A stretch of 63,954 nt of DNA, filler included, from Bigelowiella natans CCMP2755 (taxonomy: Eukaryota; Protista; Cercozoa): assembly GCA_000320545.1 (NCBI GenBank). It is 8 parts of 8 records of this genome, joined end to end, with 100 filler letters (N's around TTAATTAATTAA, not from the genome) between each part and the next. Parts side by side here need not be neighbours in the genome. Positions count along the whole stretch, not along the records: positions 9,610 to 27,194 come from ADNK01001487.1; 7 more parts are not named here. The stretch is one strand, 5' to 3'. Below are positions 12,347 through 23,538 of this stretch, piece by piece. The translations under genes were made by a program, and so were the position numbers. The notes under the pieces were generated by a model. It was not told where the DNA came from, made no database searches, and saw only the letters and a program-made list of their open reading frames with translations. The first letter of the stretch is position 1, and each line of letters begins with the position of its first letter.

Positions 12347-13967
12347 ATGATCGTCCTATTGAGGCGCGTCGTTCTTGCTTGCTGGGCTCTGGCTGGTTTA
12401 TCGTCGAAGGTGGACGTGCGTGTGTTGCTGAGTGATGAGTGAGTGAGTGATGCGCATACATATTCCTCAGTTAACACGTGCGTCCCGTTGCTCTGTTGCG
12501 GTCGTCGGCGCTGGACCGGGCGGTGTGTACAGTGCATGGAGGCTTGCTGGAGGGGGGGGAGACAGTGACGATGCCAGGCTCGATGGTAACCAGATCTGTG
12601 TGTTTGAGAGGTTGAGGAGAGTTGGAGGTAGGATCCTTTCAGTCAGGTAAAATATCGAGGGTGAAGATGACGACGATGATGATGATGGCGGAAGTGACTA
12701 ACTCAATAATGACGATGAAGATGACGATGATGATGATGATGACGATGATGATGGAATGATGAGACAGTCATGGTAATCGATGGTAATGGTGACATTGGTA
12801 CACAGAAATCAAGGTCCGATGAACGATCTCACAGTGGATTTGGGCGCATATCGTTACCCTCGGACTCCTATGGATGTTTACACAGAGCATGTATACGCAC
12901 CTCTGACAGCTGCGCTTGTAGAGCGAGCCCTGAATCTTCCCACTGCGCCTTATGAGCCGGGCACGAATTCGTCGATGCGAAAGATTGTTGATGGCCAGGG
13001 CCAAAATGCAGGATTTGCTGCATTCGTGGAAAGGATGTATAACCAGTCCGTCAAGGCAGGAGTTCGGTACTTCTTTGGCACAGCTGTCCGTTCGATTAGA
13101 GTGCCCCCCGGAGGGTTAGGTTCTGGGAATCCTTTATCACTCGTCCTTAAAAACGGCACGTCCGTTAGGGCAGCCCACATTCTCCTAAACCTTCCTATGA
13201 GACCGTTAACCCGCCTGCTGTATAACTCCGACCCCAGCTTGTTCCCCAATGGATATCCTTCGGTACTCACCGATGTGCGCGTACTGAACGGGGTGAAACT
13301 GTATGTTCACTACTCGGATGCATGGTGGCGAAACTACTTGAATTTGACGTTCGGAAACTTCAACACGGACGACAGCGGGGATACCCATCCGCCTCTCGCT
13401 GGGCGATATCACGATGGGCACACAAGGGGGGCTGTCGGGGAGTCACGGGGCTTTCTTGAGGCTGTATACAAGTTTTCAGATGATACCTATGGATTTTATT
13501 CCCCTTTCCAAACAAGCATGGATGAGCCATACGTGACACTTGAGAGATCAAATCCCACCGCCAGAGACTTGCTTGACAGCGTCCATATGACTCTAGTCAA
13601 GTACCATGCTGAGGAGCTAGAGAAGGTAGGGATGAAGGAGAAGGTCCTCTCGTCTCCACCCAACCTTGGCCTCATGTCTGCTTGGGGTTCTGATGCAGCT
13701 GGATTTGGAGGTGCCATTCATCATACGCTTTTGAGAGTCCCATTCAATACAACAGGTCGTGCATTGCAGCCAATTGCCGGCGCACCTATATATATTGCCA
13801 ACGAGGCATATGGCACCATAACATATCCAAACGGGACCACTGGTGCAGGCCATGGGTGGGCTGAATGTTCATTGATCATGGCTGAAAATATCATTTCGAG
13901 AATTTTTGGTGTGAGTAGGCCAAATTGGATCAACGAGAGTGTTTATGACAAGTTTGTTATGCTTTGA
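12347..13967 (+). CDS. Secreted flavin-containing amine/L-amino-acid oxidase family protein (exons 12347-12409, 12471-12646, 12806-13967)
   Basis: Signal-like MIVLLRRVVLACWALAGLSSK; FAD Rossmann motif VAVVGAGPGG; FERLRRVGGRI GG-motif; DLGAYRY; C-terminal IYIANEAY...GWAECSL. Both introns are GT-AG and keep frame. Confidence 0.85.
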
Positions 13968-13989
13968 TCATTTTTCTGCATCAAGACTA

Positions 13990-14960
13990 CACCACAGGCA
14001 TCAAGACGCCACAGCATGCACCTATGCTGCACAACAGATGATGGATTTGCGATTCGCTGCCTTTGATTGTTTTTGCGTTGCGCGTCTAACATCCATTGCA
14101 CAAGACAATGCATTCATCCGCAGTTTTCACAAATTTTGACAAACACAGCATCTTCATGCATTGCATGCGCAAGTGCACTAGCTAGCTAGTTCAGGCAGCG
14201 TGCGTCGTCGACGCCCTCTGCTAGACCTGGCTAGCTGGTTGCACCACCCATTTGCACATCGTGTCAGCTTCAGGGAAACAACATCGAACTGTTCCCTTTT
14301 TCGTTTTGTTCCAGTGTTGCTGAACCATGCTGGCGTTGACATTGACTGGTGGTTACTTGTGTGTTCACTTGGCTGCGCATGCAGTTCTTTGCTGCGCCGG
14401 TTCCATTTGAGTTTTCGTCCGAACGCAACACTTCGTCCCTTTTGCTTGCACCAGCTAGCCAGCTGCCAGACTAGCAGAGCAGGTGCATGCACAACTCTGG
14501 AGTTAGGCATGAGCTTCAGTGGCGACCTCTCACTTGCTAGCTGCAGCTCGCTAGCCTGCTAGCCTGCGTTTTGAAGGCTAGAAGGCCGGCTAGCCGGCTC
14601 CTCGACGATGAAGACAAGATCGAGCTAGCTGCATTGAACCCTTTCTAGCTAGCTAGCCTTGCATCTCGAGCACACAAGGTGATTTTTGTCATCGTCATCT
14701 AGTCATTACCGCTTGGTGCGTAGTGCGTAGTCCTGCGTCCACAGTCTTATCGATCGCATGGGAAACATCTTGACATCCAGACATTAAGGCACATCGCTGC
14801 TGCACATCTAGCTAGGCGTCTAGCTAGAGCATGTGCAACATGAATGCGTTTTCAAATGTGTTTGCTTGAGCGCGTACAATCATCTAATCATGTTTGCCTA
14901 ATGTGATCTTCATGCAATAGATCATCACAAATTCGATGCGCTTGTGAGTCCATGATGCAG
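13990..14960. other. CTAG/CATG/TGCA island between convergent oxidase and OYE genes
   Basis: cactagctagctagt, gctagacctggctagctgg, ttctagctagctagcc, tctagctaggcgtctagctagagcatg. Confidence 0.8.
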
Positions 14961-14970
14961 ACATGCATCA

Positions 14971-16131
14971 TCATTTAGCTTTTTCTTCCTTTTTCGGGCT
15001 GTATGTGGGCCAATCGGTGTAGCCTTTTGCCCCCGTGGCTTGCCACCAGGTTTCGTATGGTGCCTCTTTCTCAAGCGGCCAGTCGTTCGCGAAGCGTTCC
15101 GCCAGGTCTGGATTTGAAATGTAAAGACGGCCGAAGCATGCTAGATCGGCTGCACCACTTCGGATCATTCCCTCAGCGACACCTTTCGTCAGTCCTACAT
15201 TGCAAATGATGGGGCCAGAGAAATACTTCTTGAGGTCAGCACACGTTACAACTGAGCATTTCCCATGGAAGCCAAAGCCAAGGCCATCCATAATGTGCAT
15301 GTAAGCGGGCTTGTACTTGTCCATCTCCTGGGCAATGAAGCGGAACATCTTATCGTTGTCTTCGCTACCCATATCTCCGTAATTTCCATTAGGAGATAGG
15401 CGAAATCCAATTCGCCCTGCAGGGTACACCTTTGAAATTGCCTCAAAGATCTCTTTGAGGAAACGAATGCGCTTTTCTTGGCTTCCACCATACTCGTCGG
15501 CCCGCTTGTTCGTTGATGACTGCAGAAACTGGTCGATGAGATATCCATTGGCAGCATGGATCTCAACACCATCAAATCCTGCCTCCTTACAAAGCTCAGC
15601 AGCCTTCTTATAATCCTGCACGGTAGCCTTTATATCGTCGATACTCAACGCTCGTGGGGTCTCCCACTCGACATTCTCGCCCTTAATGTTCCTTGCGTGG
15701 CCACCCTTGATCTTTATGGCTGATGCAGAAACGATGTCATTAGTCGACGGATGGAAAGAGGAGTGCCCCTGCCGGCCCATGTGCCAAAGCTGTAGAAAAA
15801 TACGTCCCTTACGCTTATGAACATGATCAACCACTTTCTTCCACCCAGCAACTTCCTCCTTGGTACGGATGTGTGGTGCGTTAAGCCAGCCACTTCCCAA
15901 TTCACTGATTGCCGTCGCTTCGGTGATGAGGAGGCCTCCTGAAGCGCGTTGCTCGTAATATTCAACCATGATATCGTTCGGAATGGTGTTTTTCCCATCT
16001 AGAGGGTTCTTCGAAGGTGTGCAGCGGGCGCGTGTCATTGGCGCGAGAACAAGACGGTTTGGAAGCTCAAGGTCCCCGATTTTGATAGGTTGCAGGAGCT
16101 GCATCTTTGGTTCTTTCTTCGAGTCTCCCAT
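14971..16131 (-). CDS. Old yellow enzyme family NADH:flavin oxidoreductase (alkene reductase/OPR/NemA-like), intronless, 386 aa
   Basis: NRLVLAPMTRAR, YYEQRASGGLLITEAT, LQLWHMGR, catalytic GFDGVEIHAANGYLIDQF, NKRADEYGGS, FGRLYISNPDL, GYTDWP. Confidence 0.95.
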   Translation of the reverse strand: MGDSKKEPKMQLLQPIKIGDLELPNRLVLAPMTRARCTPSKNPLDGKNTIPNDIMVEYYEQRASGGLLITEATAISELGSGWLNAPHIRTKEEVAGWKKVVDHVHKRKGRIFLQLWHMGRQGHSSFHPSTNDIVSASAIKIKGGHARNIKGENVEWETPRALSIDDIKATVQDYKKAAELCKEAGFDGVEIHAANGYLIDQFLQSSTNKRADEYGGSQEKRIRFLKEIFEAISKVYPAGRIGFRLSPNGNYGDMGSEDNDKMFRFIAQEMDKYKPAYMHIMDGLGFGFHGKCSVVTCADLKKYFSGPIICNVGLTKGVAEGMIRSGAADLACFGRLYISNPDLAERFANDWPLEKEAPYETWWQATGAKGYTDWPTYSPKKEEKAK

Positions 16132-16471
16132 TTTCTCACCTCTAATCTACTGCTGCTTCTTCGCAACGTGCGTGCGTGCCACGGAACCTTTTGGAATCTG
16201 GTTGGACGATGGTCGCGTCGGTTCCGCTTTTCGGCCACAAGGAAGCATCTCGGTGGGCGGCATTTCTTCCCCAAACGCAGCTACGCAGCCCTAGAATGCT
16301 TAATAATGCCCTAGATTTATCAAAAAAGGAAATATTGACGCTCGCTTGGCTGCGACAAGGAACACGAAGAAGACTTGAGGAAATTGGCCACTACGTTCTC
16401 CAATTGACTGGCGTTGGTGCTGCTTTACGTGCCGATGACAACAAATCTCGCCGTGCCCAGACTCATCAACA

Positions 16472-17752
16472 ATGCCGGTTGCGTCCTTGCTCGTATTAAC
16501 GCTTCTGGCCTGCGCTCCGAAGATCCAGGGGACGTGGTCGAAACAAGAGGTCGTAGCATTCTTATGAGCCCATTCTAAATAAAGAACTGTAAATTCATAC
16601 CGAGCTTGACGTCGATTCCGTTGATCCCTCAAAATTAAGTGATAAAGATGGAATGTTATGTATCAATACAGCAACTCCTTCAAGCTTCAACAAACAGCAT
16701 GTTCCTGGGAGATAAGAGAAATTACTCACTGTAAATTATATTTTCCTCCAGAGATAGCACTCCATTTTAGAATTACGTTTGCGATGTATAGAATTCAGAC
16801 ATCTCATGGAACTTTGGGAATATACATAATCGCGATTCCTAAGCGGGAGAAATATGTTCGGGAGTTTTTGGAAGGAACCGACTTAAAAGAAGAAGTCACT
16901 GTAATTCCAGCAGTTATGATGGACTCTTTAAACGAAAAGAATCTTGTGGAAAGTGGAAAGGTGACCTCTACCGATATTCAATTTGTACAAATAGTAATCG
17001 ATACATTTCTCCCCAGTTGAATCATGGAACTGGACTGAATATGGGGGAAGTTGCTTGTAGTCTCTCGCATCGTGAGAGTATGGGAGATTTCCTGAGCAAG
17101 CCAGAGTTGTCGCATGCAGTGTTCTTCGAAGACGATCTGAAGTTTGACCAAAAGATTTTGAAGAAGGTGAAACAAAAAAGTGGAGAAGAAGGTATGAATC
17201 GATTTTTGGCTCTTGAATTTTCCGCTCAAATATTGACAATGTAATTTGCACAAAATAGAAACGACTGTTCTCGATATCTTAAAATCCCTAGCTGATAGTT
17301 CGAAGAATGCGGGATGGGATGGCTTGAATCTTGGACGATGCTTCGACCATTGCGGAGCAGAGGTTTCAGCATCGAAGATTCTCGGGATCTTTGATATCGA
17401 AAAGTCTTGCAACTCCCTGTGTACCCACGCTTATATTCTAACTCGGAAGGGAGCGGAAATTCTCAGGAAATTCACCTCACCGATTCGAACTGCGGAAGAT
17501 CGTATTAGAATCCTACTCAATTATGCAGGAGTATTTCAATATCATTCAACATCTCCAGCCATCTTTTTTCAGAGGCCCGTTCCCGGTGAGCACATTCACG
17601 TGGAGGACAATGAGCATTATACAATGGAGTGTCGAGACCACACAGGAGCTTGCTATGCAAAGTCGATGGCAAAGCACTGCCAAGAGATTCTGGATGAGCA
17701 CTCATGCACTTCTTTACTCCAGATGCTAACAATGAAAGACGCTGCTCTGTGA
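16472..17752 (+). CDS. Glycosyltransferase family 25 protein with N-terminal signal/anchor, multi-exon
   Basis: MPVASLLVLTLLACAP; IYIIAIPKREKYV; GEVACSLSH; AVFFEDD (catalytic EDD); LCTHAYILTRKGAEIL. ORF pieces 16658-17020, 17017-17244 and 17246-17752 join through GT-AG introns. Confidence 0.8.
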
Positions 17753-17789
17753 ACAAATAATCACTTCACCGCAAATAAATGCTGAATTT

Positions 17790-18600
17790 GCCACCATCTC
17801 GTGGATTCATCAGCGCACATCTGCTCGACTTGCATGAAATGTTAGGTGTGCCCTGTGTTTGTTCTCGAGTGTGCATGCAGCTGCTAATCCTAGCTACTAG
17901 AGCTAGCTAGAGACCCTGGAGTCCTGCTAGCCTGTACTAGTGTGGGCAACCCCTCATCCACGTCATCATTGCACACGCGTGTCAATCACCGAGTGCACAT
18001 TCCTAGATCCTGTGAACTGCGTCAATTGGACTCACACATCTAGACCTCCTGCAGCTTGTTTGTCTAGTTGTGCCCACAGTGCATCGATCCAGCTAGCCAG
18101 CGCTGAAGCGATCGGTGCTGGTGAGGGGAAATCCAGAAAGGGCCACAGCTCTAGAGCTAGACAGATGCTCGTCTAGTCATGCTAGCATGCTAGCATGCTA
18201 GCAGGATTTTCCAGCTTTGGACACTGAGCACTTCTAGACTCATCAGCTTGGCTAGCTAGCTAGCTTGCTTCAGAGCTAGTTGGCATCGCTAAATCTAGAG
18301 ACTGCAATGTCAGATCTAGCAGATGGCTAGATGGTCACATCTCCAATTCTGGAAATCTCGAAATCTCATCCAGCATCATCTGGAATGAAAACGACATCTG
18401 ACAAGGCTAGAAGGCTAGAAGGTGTTGCAAATTGTTCTGGAAAACACAGCTAGCTAGCTAGCTAGTGAGTCAATGGAAGTCCATTGCGAGCGATCATGCT
18501 GTGGCATCCAGCTCTACTAGTCTAGTTCTTCATGCTAGCATGGTCTAGTGAGAGTGGTGCAGTGCGCATTGTCTAATTTGCTGCATCAATGGAATGAGTA
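17790..18600. other. Strongest CTAG island, downstream of the GT25 gene
   Basis: Hand count gives >30 CTAG in ~670 bp (17890-18550) versus about 3 expected at 1/256; no CCGG seen. Includes (GCTA)n and (CATGCTAG)n runs. Confidence 0.85.
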
Positions 18601-18761
18601 CACCAGCAAATGAGAATCATCGTGACCGATGGCGATTCTGACAAGAATCATCTCCGCCGGCATTCATTGAAAATTGGTTCATCATTTTTTCGCTGACAGA
18701 GTATCGCACATTTGAATGCAGAGCACTGTTTAAATCCATGTTTGACGCAGTTTAGCAATGT

Positions 18762-20400
18762 TTAAATTGGATTGAACACCATCACTAGCTGGCAAGATCG
18801 ATTTTGAATGATCGAGGAAAGAAACGGGTCTTGAAACAACGCGATCGACGGGTGAGCGAAACACCATCGCACTGCGCTGATGAGTTTCTCCATCTTTGTC
18901 TCTTTCCCTCTTGTTTTTGGGTTCTGTTCATCATTTTGATTCCAACATTGTCTTGCACTTGCTGTTGAAAAGAGTATGATCAAATAATAAGTTTTGGTAG
19001 TCCATTATTTTGACATGGAGGTGTGTGATTTCGCTAAAACCTGATCTTGAGTTCGCTTAATAGTCCTTCGCAAACCATTCGTTGAATGATCCTGGGTAGC
19101 AGCTCGCATTATGTCCTGCATTGGAAAATTTCATAGCTGCACATGTTGCCCTTCCTCCTTGTCTATGATCATTATGAAACAAGTTAGGAAGATTACGATG
19201 TCTTCACAGAGAGCATCAAGGAAAATGAAGTCAGAGAGAAGGAGAAGTTCGAATACTTGCAGTAGAACACTATCTCTTCTTCTTTGCTCGGCTTTGGAAA
19301 ACCAAAGGATTGAGAGAACACCTACGAAGTATCAGCGAAATAAAGTGAAACAATTTATAAAGCTATCAGATTTTCTGCTTGCGAGCGACCAAGTCGAAGA
19401 TATCCAACAACTCTTGGAAAAATGTACTGAAGCGTGTCTTTAAATATGAGGGATTGCTTTGCGATTGATAGCATCATATATCAAATCTATAAAAGTTTAT
19501 TGACCACTTCGTCCATCTTCAGGGCATCTTCAAGAGAGCTAAAAGGAAGGTGAACTGCCCCGGGAATCATACCTGTGTCACCCACTTTGTTTGAACACTA
19601 ATCTTCTTCGTCCTTGACATGATGTAGAACTTACATGTGCAAAAGATGAATTACCATGATCCAACTCCTTGGTGTCTCGAACATCGACTATCCGCGCCTT
19701 TGTGTTTCCTGAGGGAGGCATCTCTTTTGGTATTTGCAACGCCCTTTTCCTACACTCTACTTCATCAAACCATCTCCATTTACATTACCTTTTTGAATGC
19801 TATCCGCAATCTTTGAAACATAGGTTTTGTCTCGGAACGAAATGCCATACGTCTCCTCCTATCATTTCAGAACAAATTATTTGGGATGAGACACGGAACA
19901 ACACAAAGGATGGGAAAATGCGAGCATCAGAAAGCAAATTTGCTATTACGTTTTGAATCCTGGAGATTTTTGCCAGTGAGGTGCTACCACACAAGAGCTT
20001 GCTGTAGAAGCGCTGCCGAACGAGCGTTGGGGTGAAGAACTTTGCGCTGAAAAAAGATGAGGCAGAGACGGACATTGAATCTAGATTCGTGTAGTCCAAT
20101 GAGATTGGCCTTTTAGTTATGTTGAATTCCAAAGGTGGGTCCCTGCCCGATGTGAGATCATTCTTTCACTTGAAGAAGTTGCGTCAACATTCATTCAAAG
20201 ATTTTCCCCCTTCTGATGCTCTTCCACAGTGACGTCCCCTGGCAAACGCCTTCATTATTCGGCATGTACGCCACGGGGAGATGTGTGTGCCAGCTACCCC
20301 CTCCTCTTCGGCGGTCGGAGGTACAGCGAGTTTGAAGCAGCGCTCATCGGCTGCGGCAAGGAGGCGGGTTTGCTGCGAAAGGTGAACGAAATACGTCAAT
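18762..20400 (-). pseudogene. Possible decayed or intron-containing gene of unknown family
   Basis: ORFs 20184-20399 and 19800-20132 share a frame but are separated by two in-frame TGA codons (EC*RNFFK*KNDL). A hydrophobic segment VLLQVFELLLSDFIFLDALCEDIVIFLTCFIMII lies near 19150-19300. Confidence 0.3.
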
Positions 20401-21111
20401 TTTTCTGCGAATTGAGGCGATTTTCTGACTCCGAAATTTAATTTGGCCGTTTTTTTTTTTTCCCCCTCTAGATCACTGCGAAGACTAGACTACCCCTGTT
20501 TGGAGACTCCGATTAATCGACTTTCTCCCAGATGTGATGAGGGTAGGGTCGTTAACACTTCATCTCAGTGCATCTGTTGTCCAGGTTACGTGATGCTTCG
20601 TGGAACTGGTTGTCATGGTGGAAGAATGTGCTGTGATTTCATTTAGAAGATTGGCTGCTGATGCACCACAAGAGTTTGGTGAGGAACATCCACATTAGGC
20701 TTGGCTTGCATGCTTGCATGCTTGCATGGGTTGAGAAATCAGAGATTTGAGCTGACAGCAACGGTGAAGAAGCACCACAACCATCGTTATTGTTAGCATT
20801 GTCATAATCGCCATCACCGTCCATCACCACATCATTTGCATCATGTTACATGCAAAAATGCAATGCTTGCTCAACCGAGTTTGAATTAGGATGATCGCGA
20901 TTCGTTTCCATGACAAAGATCCCAAGATTAAGTCTCTTCCATTCCTCTTCCTGAATTGCTGATGCTCCATAGTGAATACCAACCGCAGCGATGAAACAGA
21001 CTCACAAGATACCTATGACATTGCTACAAGGATGGGTCAATGCATGCATTTAAGCTATCTCCAAGTCATTGATTCTTCTACTATGCCTTAAATTTCTATT
21101 TCTCCCTCTCT

Positions 21112-21168
<57 letters not shown>

Positions 21169-21769
21169 TGTGAATTAGTTTTTATGCGTACCTAACTATG
21201 TTTTATTAGTTTAGATGCTCATGACTCATGAGAACCATTCATATTTCTGCACTGAGTTAGTCGTAGTGTGATGCCTTAATAGGCAGAAACTCAACAAATT
21301 GTTGAATAGGAGAAAAAGACGAGAGAGAATATCTACCCGAACCTGTCCAAATTCAGTGATTTCTTGCAACTTTTGCTTCTCAACTCTTTGGGTTGCTGTT
21401 CTCTTCTGTACTAACAGAGTGATGGAAAGCAAGTGCATGAGATGGTCCCGATAAATGCAACTAAAAATAGCAAATGCGACCAATTGTGATGTCCAACATT
21501 CATTAGAAACATCATGCACAAAAGCTCCTTTGTTTGCACAAACCTATCCCTGAACCAAGCTGATGATGACAAGGATGGTAGCAAGGCTAGAAGGGTGGAG
21601 AAGAATTGCCTTGTTAGTGTGGTAACAGAGATGCAAATGTAGCTCCCATCCTAGAAGATGTGGCTAATGATGATGGCGATGGTGATGATGATGAGGACAC
21701 GATCCATTATTAGACGATGAATTAGCAGGCTCTGGGCTAACAGGGCAACTGCATCTGCATTCTTCACAG

Positions 21770-22200
21770 TCTGCACAGATTCTGCACCAACGCACTCATT
21801 TCTAGACATGTGTCTTTCATGTCTAGATCTAGAGATCTAAACATGTGTGTGCGACTGTGTCGTTTGTTGTGGTGTCTAGCTGTGTTCATGCGTGACGATC
21901 ATTGTTGTGCATGCAATGCGCGCGCGTGCGCATGCAATCGGTGGATGCAGCGCCAGCATGGACGAACAAACAACCTTGGTCGAATTTCAGGTGTCGCAGA
22001 CTCGCAGTCAGGCATGAACGTCAAGCTGCATGTACACGCATGTCCAGGCCTCCATCGCTAGGCCTGTCTAGATGTGCGATGCACAATCTAGACAATGTGC
22101 ATTGTGCTAGCCATCATGGCTAGCTAGTCTGGTGGTGCTGGAATGCGCTCCAGTGGTGAGTGCGGCACGCCTAGCTCATGTTTGTGTTTGTGAAACCAGA
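21770..22200. other. CTAG/CATG/TGCA island
   Basis: ttctagacatg, gtctagatctagagatcta, gctaggcctgtctagat, ggctagctagtc. Confidence 0.75.
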
Positions 22201-23538
22201 GAACAATGTGTGCACTCAGTGGTGATCATGGCTTTTGCATCACGTGGCACTTTCCATGAACAGTGAGTGGTTTGAAATCACTGATCACTGGGTCAGGCGG
22301 AGCGGACGAAACATCCAATTAGGCATTGTTCGAAATCTCGATGAGATCTCAAGTTGCTAGTTCATTGCCAACAACAGGGTGGCTCAGGCAATGCAGACAT
22401 GCGCTTGTCATCGTCGCCATGAATCCTTGAGCATTTGCCTGATCACTGAAATTTTTCCTATTTTTTTTTCCGAAAAGGCTTCAAATGCTCAGGACAGCAG
22501 CTTGCCTTTTCCCTTCTGACATTCCTAAGAAAAACGACCCTCACAGTGAGGAGTGGAAGCTGAAGCACAGTCTCCTTTGCAAGTGTGTCAAGTTTGCGTG
22601 TGTGCGTGCGTGCGTTTCTCGCGTTTGTCCAAGTGAACTTGAGATTCCTGTGATCATCGGAGGTTTGAGTGATGAATTACCCCTGCTTTTGTACATATCG
22701 ACCACATATGTTTTTCGATGCTTGTCTTCCACCCTTTTGAAGCTCTTGGTATCCTTTCTGTGAGACAAAGATCAATGTGGAAGTTGCGATTCATCCCAGA
22801 GTTCCAACAAACGTCTGCATCACAAATGCATCACGTGTGCATGACCTTCTTCTGACGCGCCACATTCCGCATGCAACTCTGACAACGACAAAACTTTGGA
22901 GATGCATTGGTTCTCCACCCGTGCCTTATTCCCTCCCTGCGCATTGCCCTATGCGGATGGAAGAATGAGGTGATTCCGTTTGGGTTGTGAGGGTTTTCCA
23001 CCCCACTCAGAAGGTTCAGCACAGAAACCTATGGAAATCGCCTATGAATGTGCATTGCGATATCGTAAATTTGAAGACGTACCTTAAAAGTTACCGCGTA
23101 GTTCACCCAAGCCAGTATTCTTCCGGGAGAATTCCAGGATTCTCAAGCACAGCGCGGGATCATAGAAAATGTGACATCGAAGATTTCATGTCGCTCCTAG
23201 AGGGACTAGGGGGATCCGAGGCAAGATTCTGCCTCGATTTTAAAGGCCTTGTCGCAGGTGCGACTTGTAAACGTTTTGTGGGCGAAAATATCTGAGGAGA
23301 AAATTTCGACAGGGAGCCGGTTTAAGACATAACTCGATATCTCTAGATGGTGGGTAGAGCCGCGCCCTGCCTTCCTCGCATCTCCCCCCTACCTTTCACG
23401 AAACCGACTCTTTCTCAGTAGGAAGCCTTAGATAGGTGGTGTTATTTTTGAACGATAGAAGTGAGACGTAATAACAGCCGGGTTCGAGGATCAGGGAACG
23501 AATCCGGTTCCTTGGCGAACCCTCGAAAGAAGGCCAGG

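Noticed and set aside
18178-18270. (CATGCTAG)n and (GCTA)n runs as a CRISPR array or satellite
   Set aside because: No constant repeat with unique spacers and no cas genes; these are short degenerate runs within the compositional island.
20160-20190. In-frame TGA codons as stop-codon reassignment or selenocysteine
   Set aside because: Confident genes in the window (oxidase, OYE, GR, thioredoxin) end in TGA and use TGG for Trp; decay or an intron is simpler.
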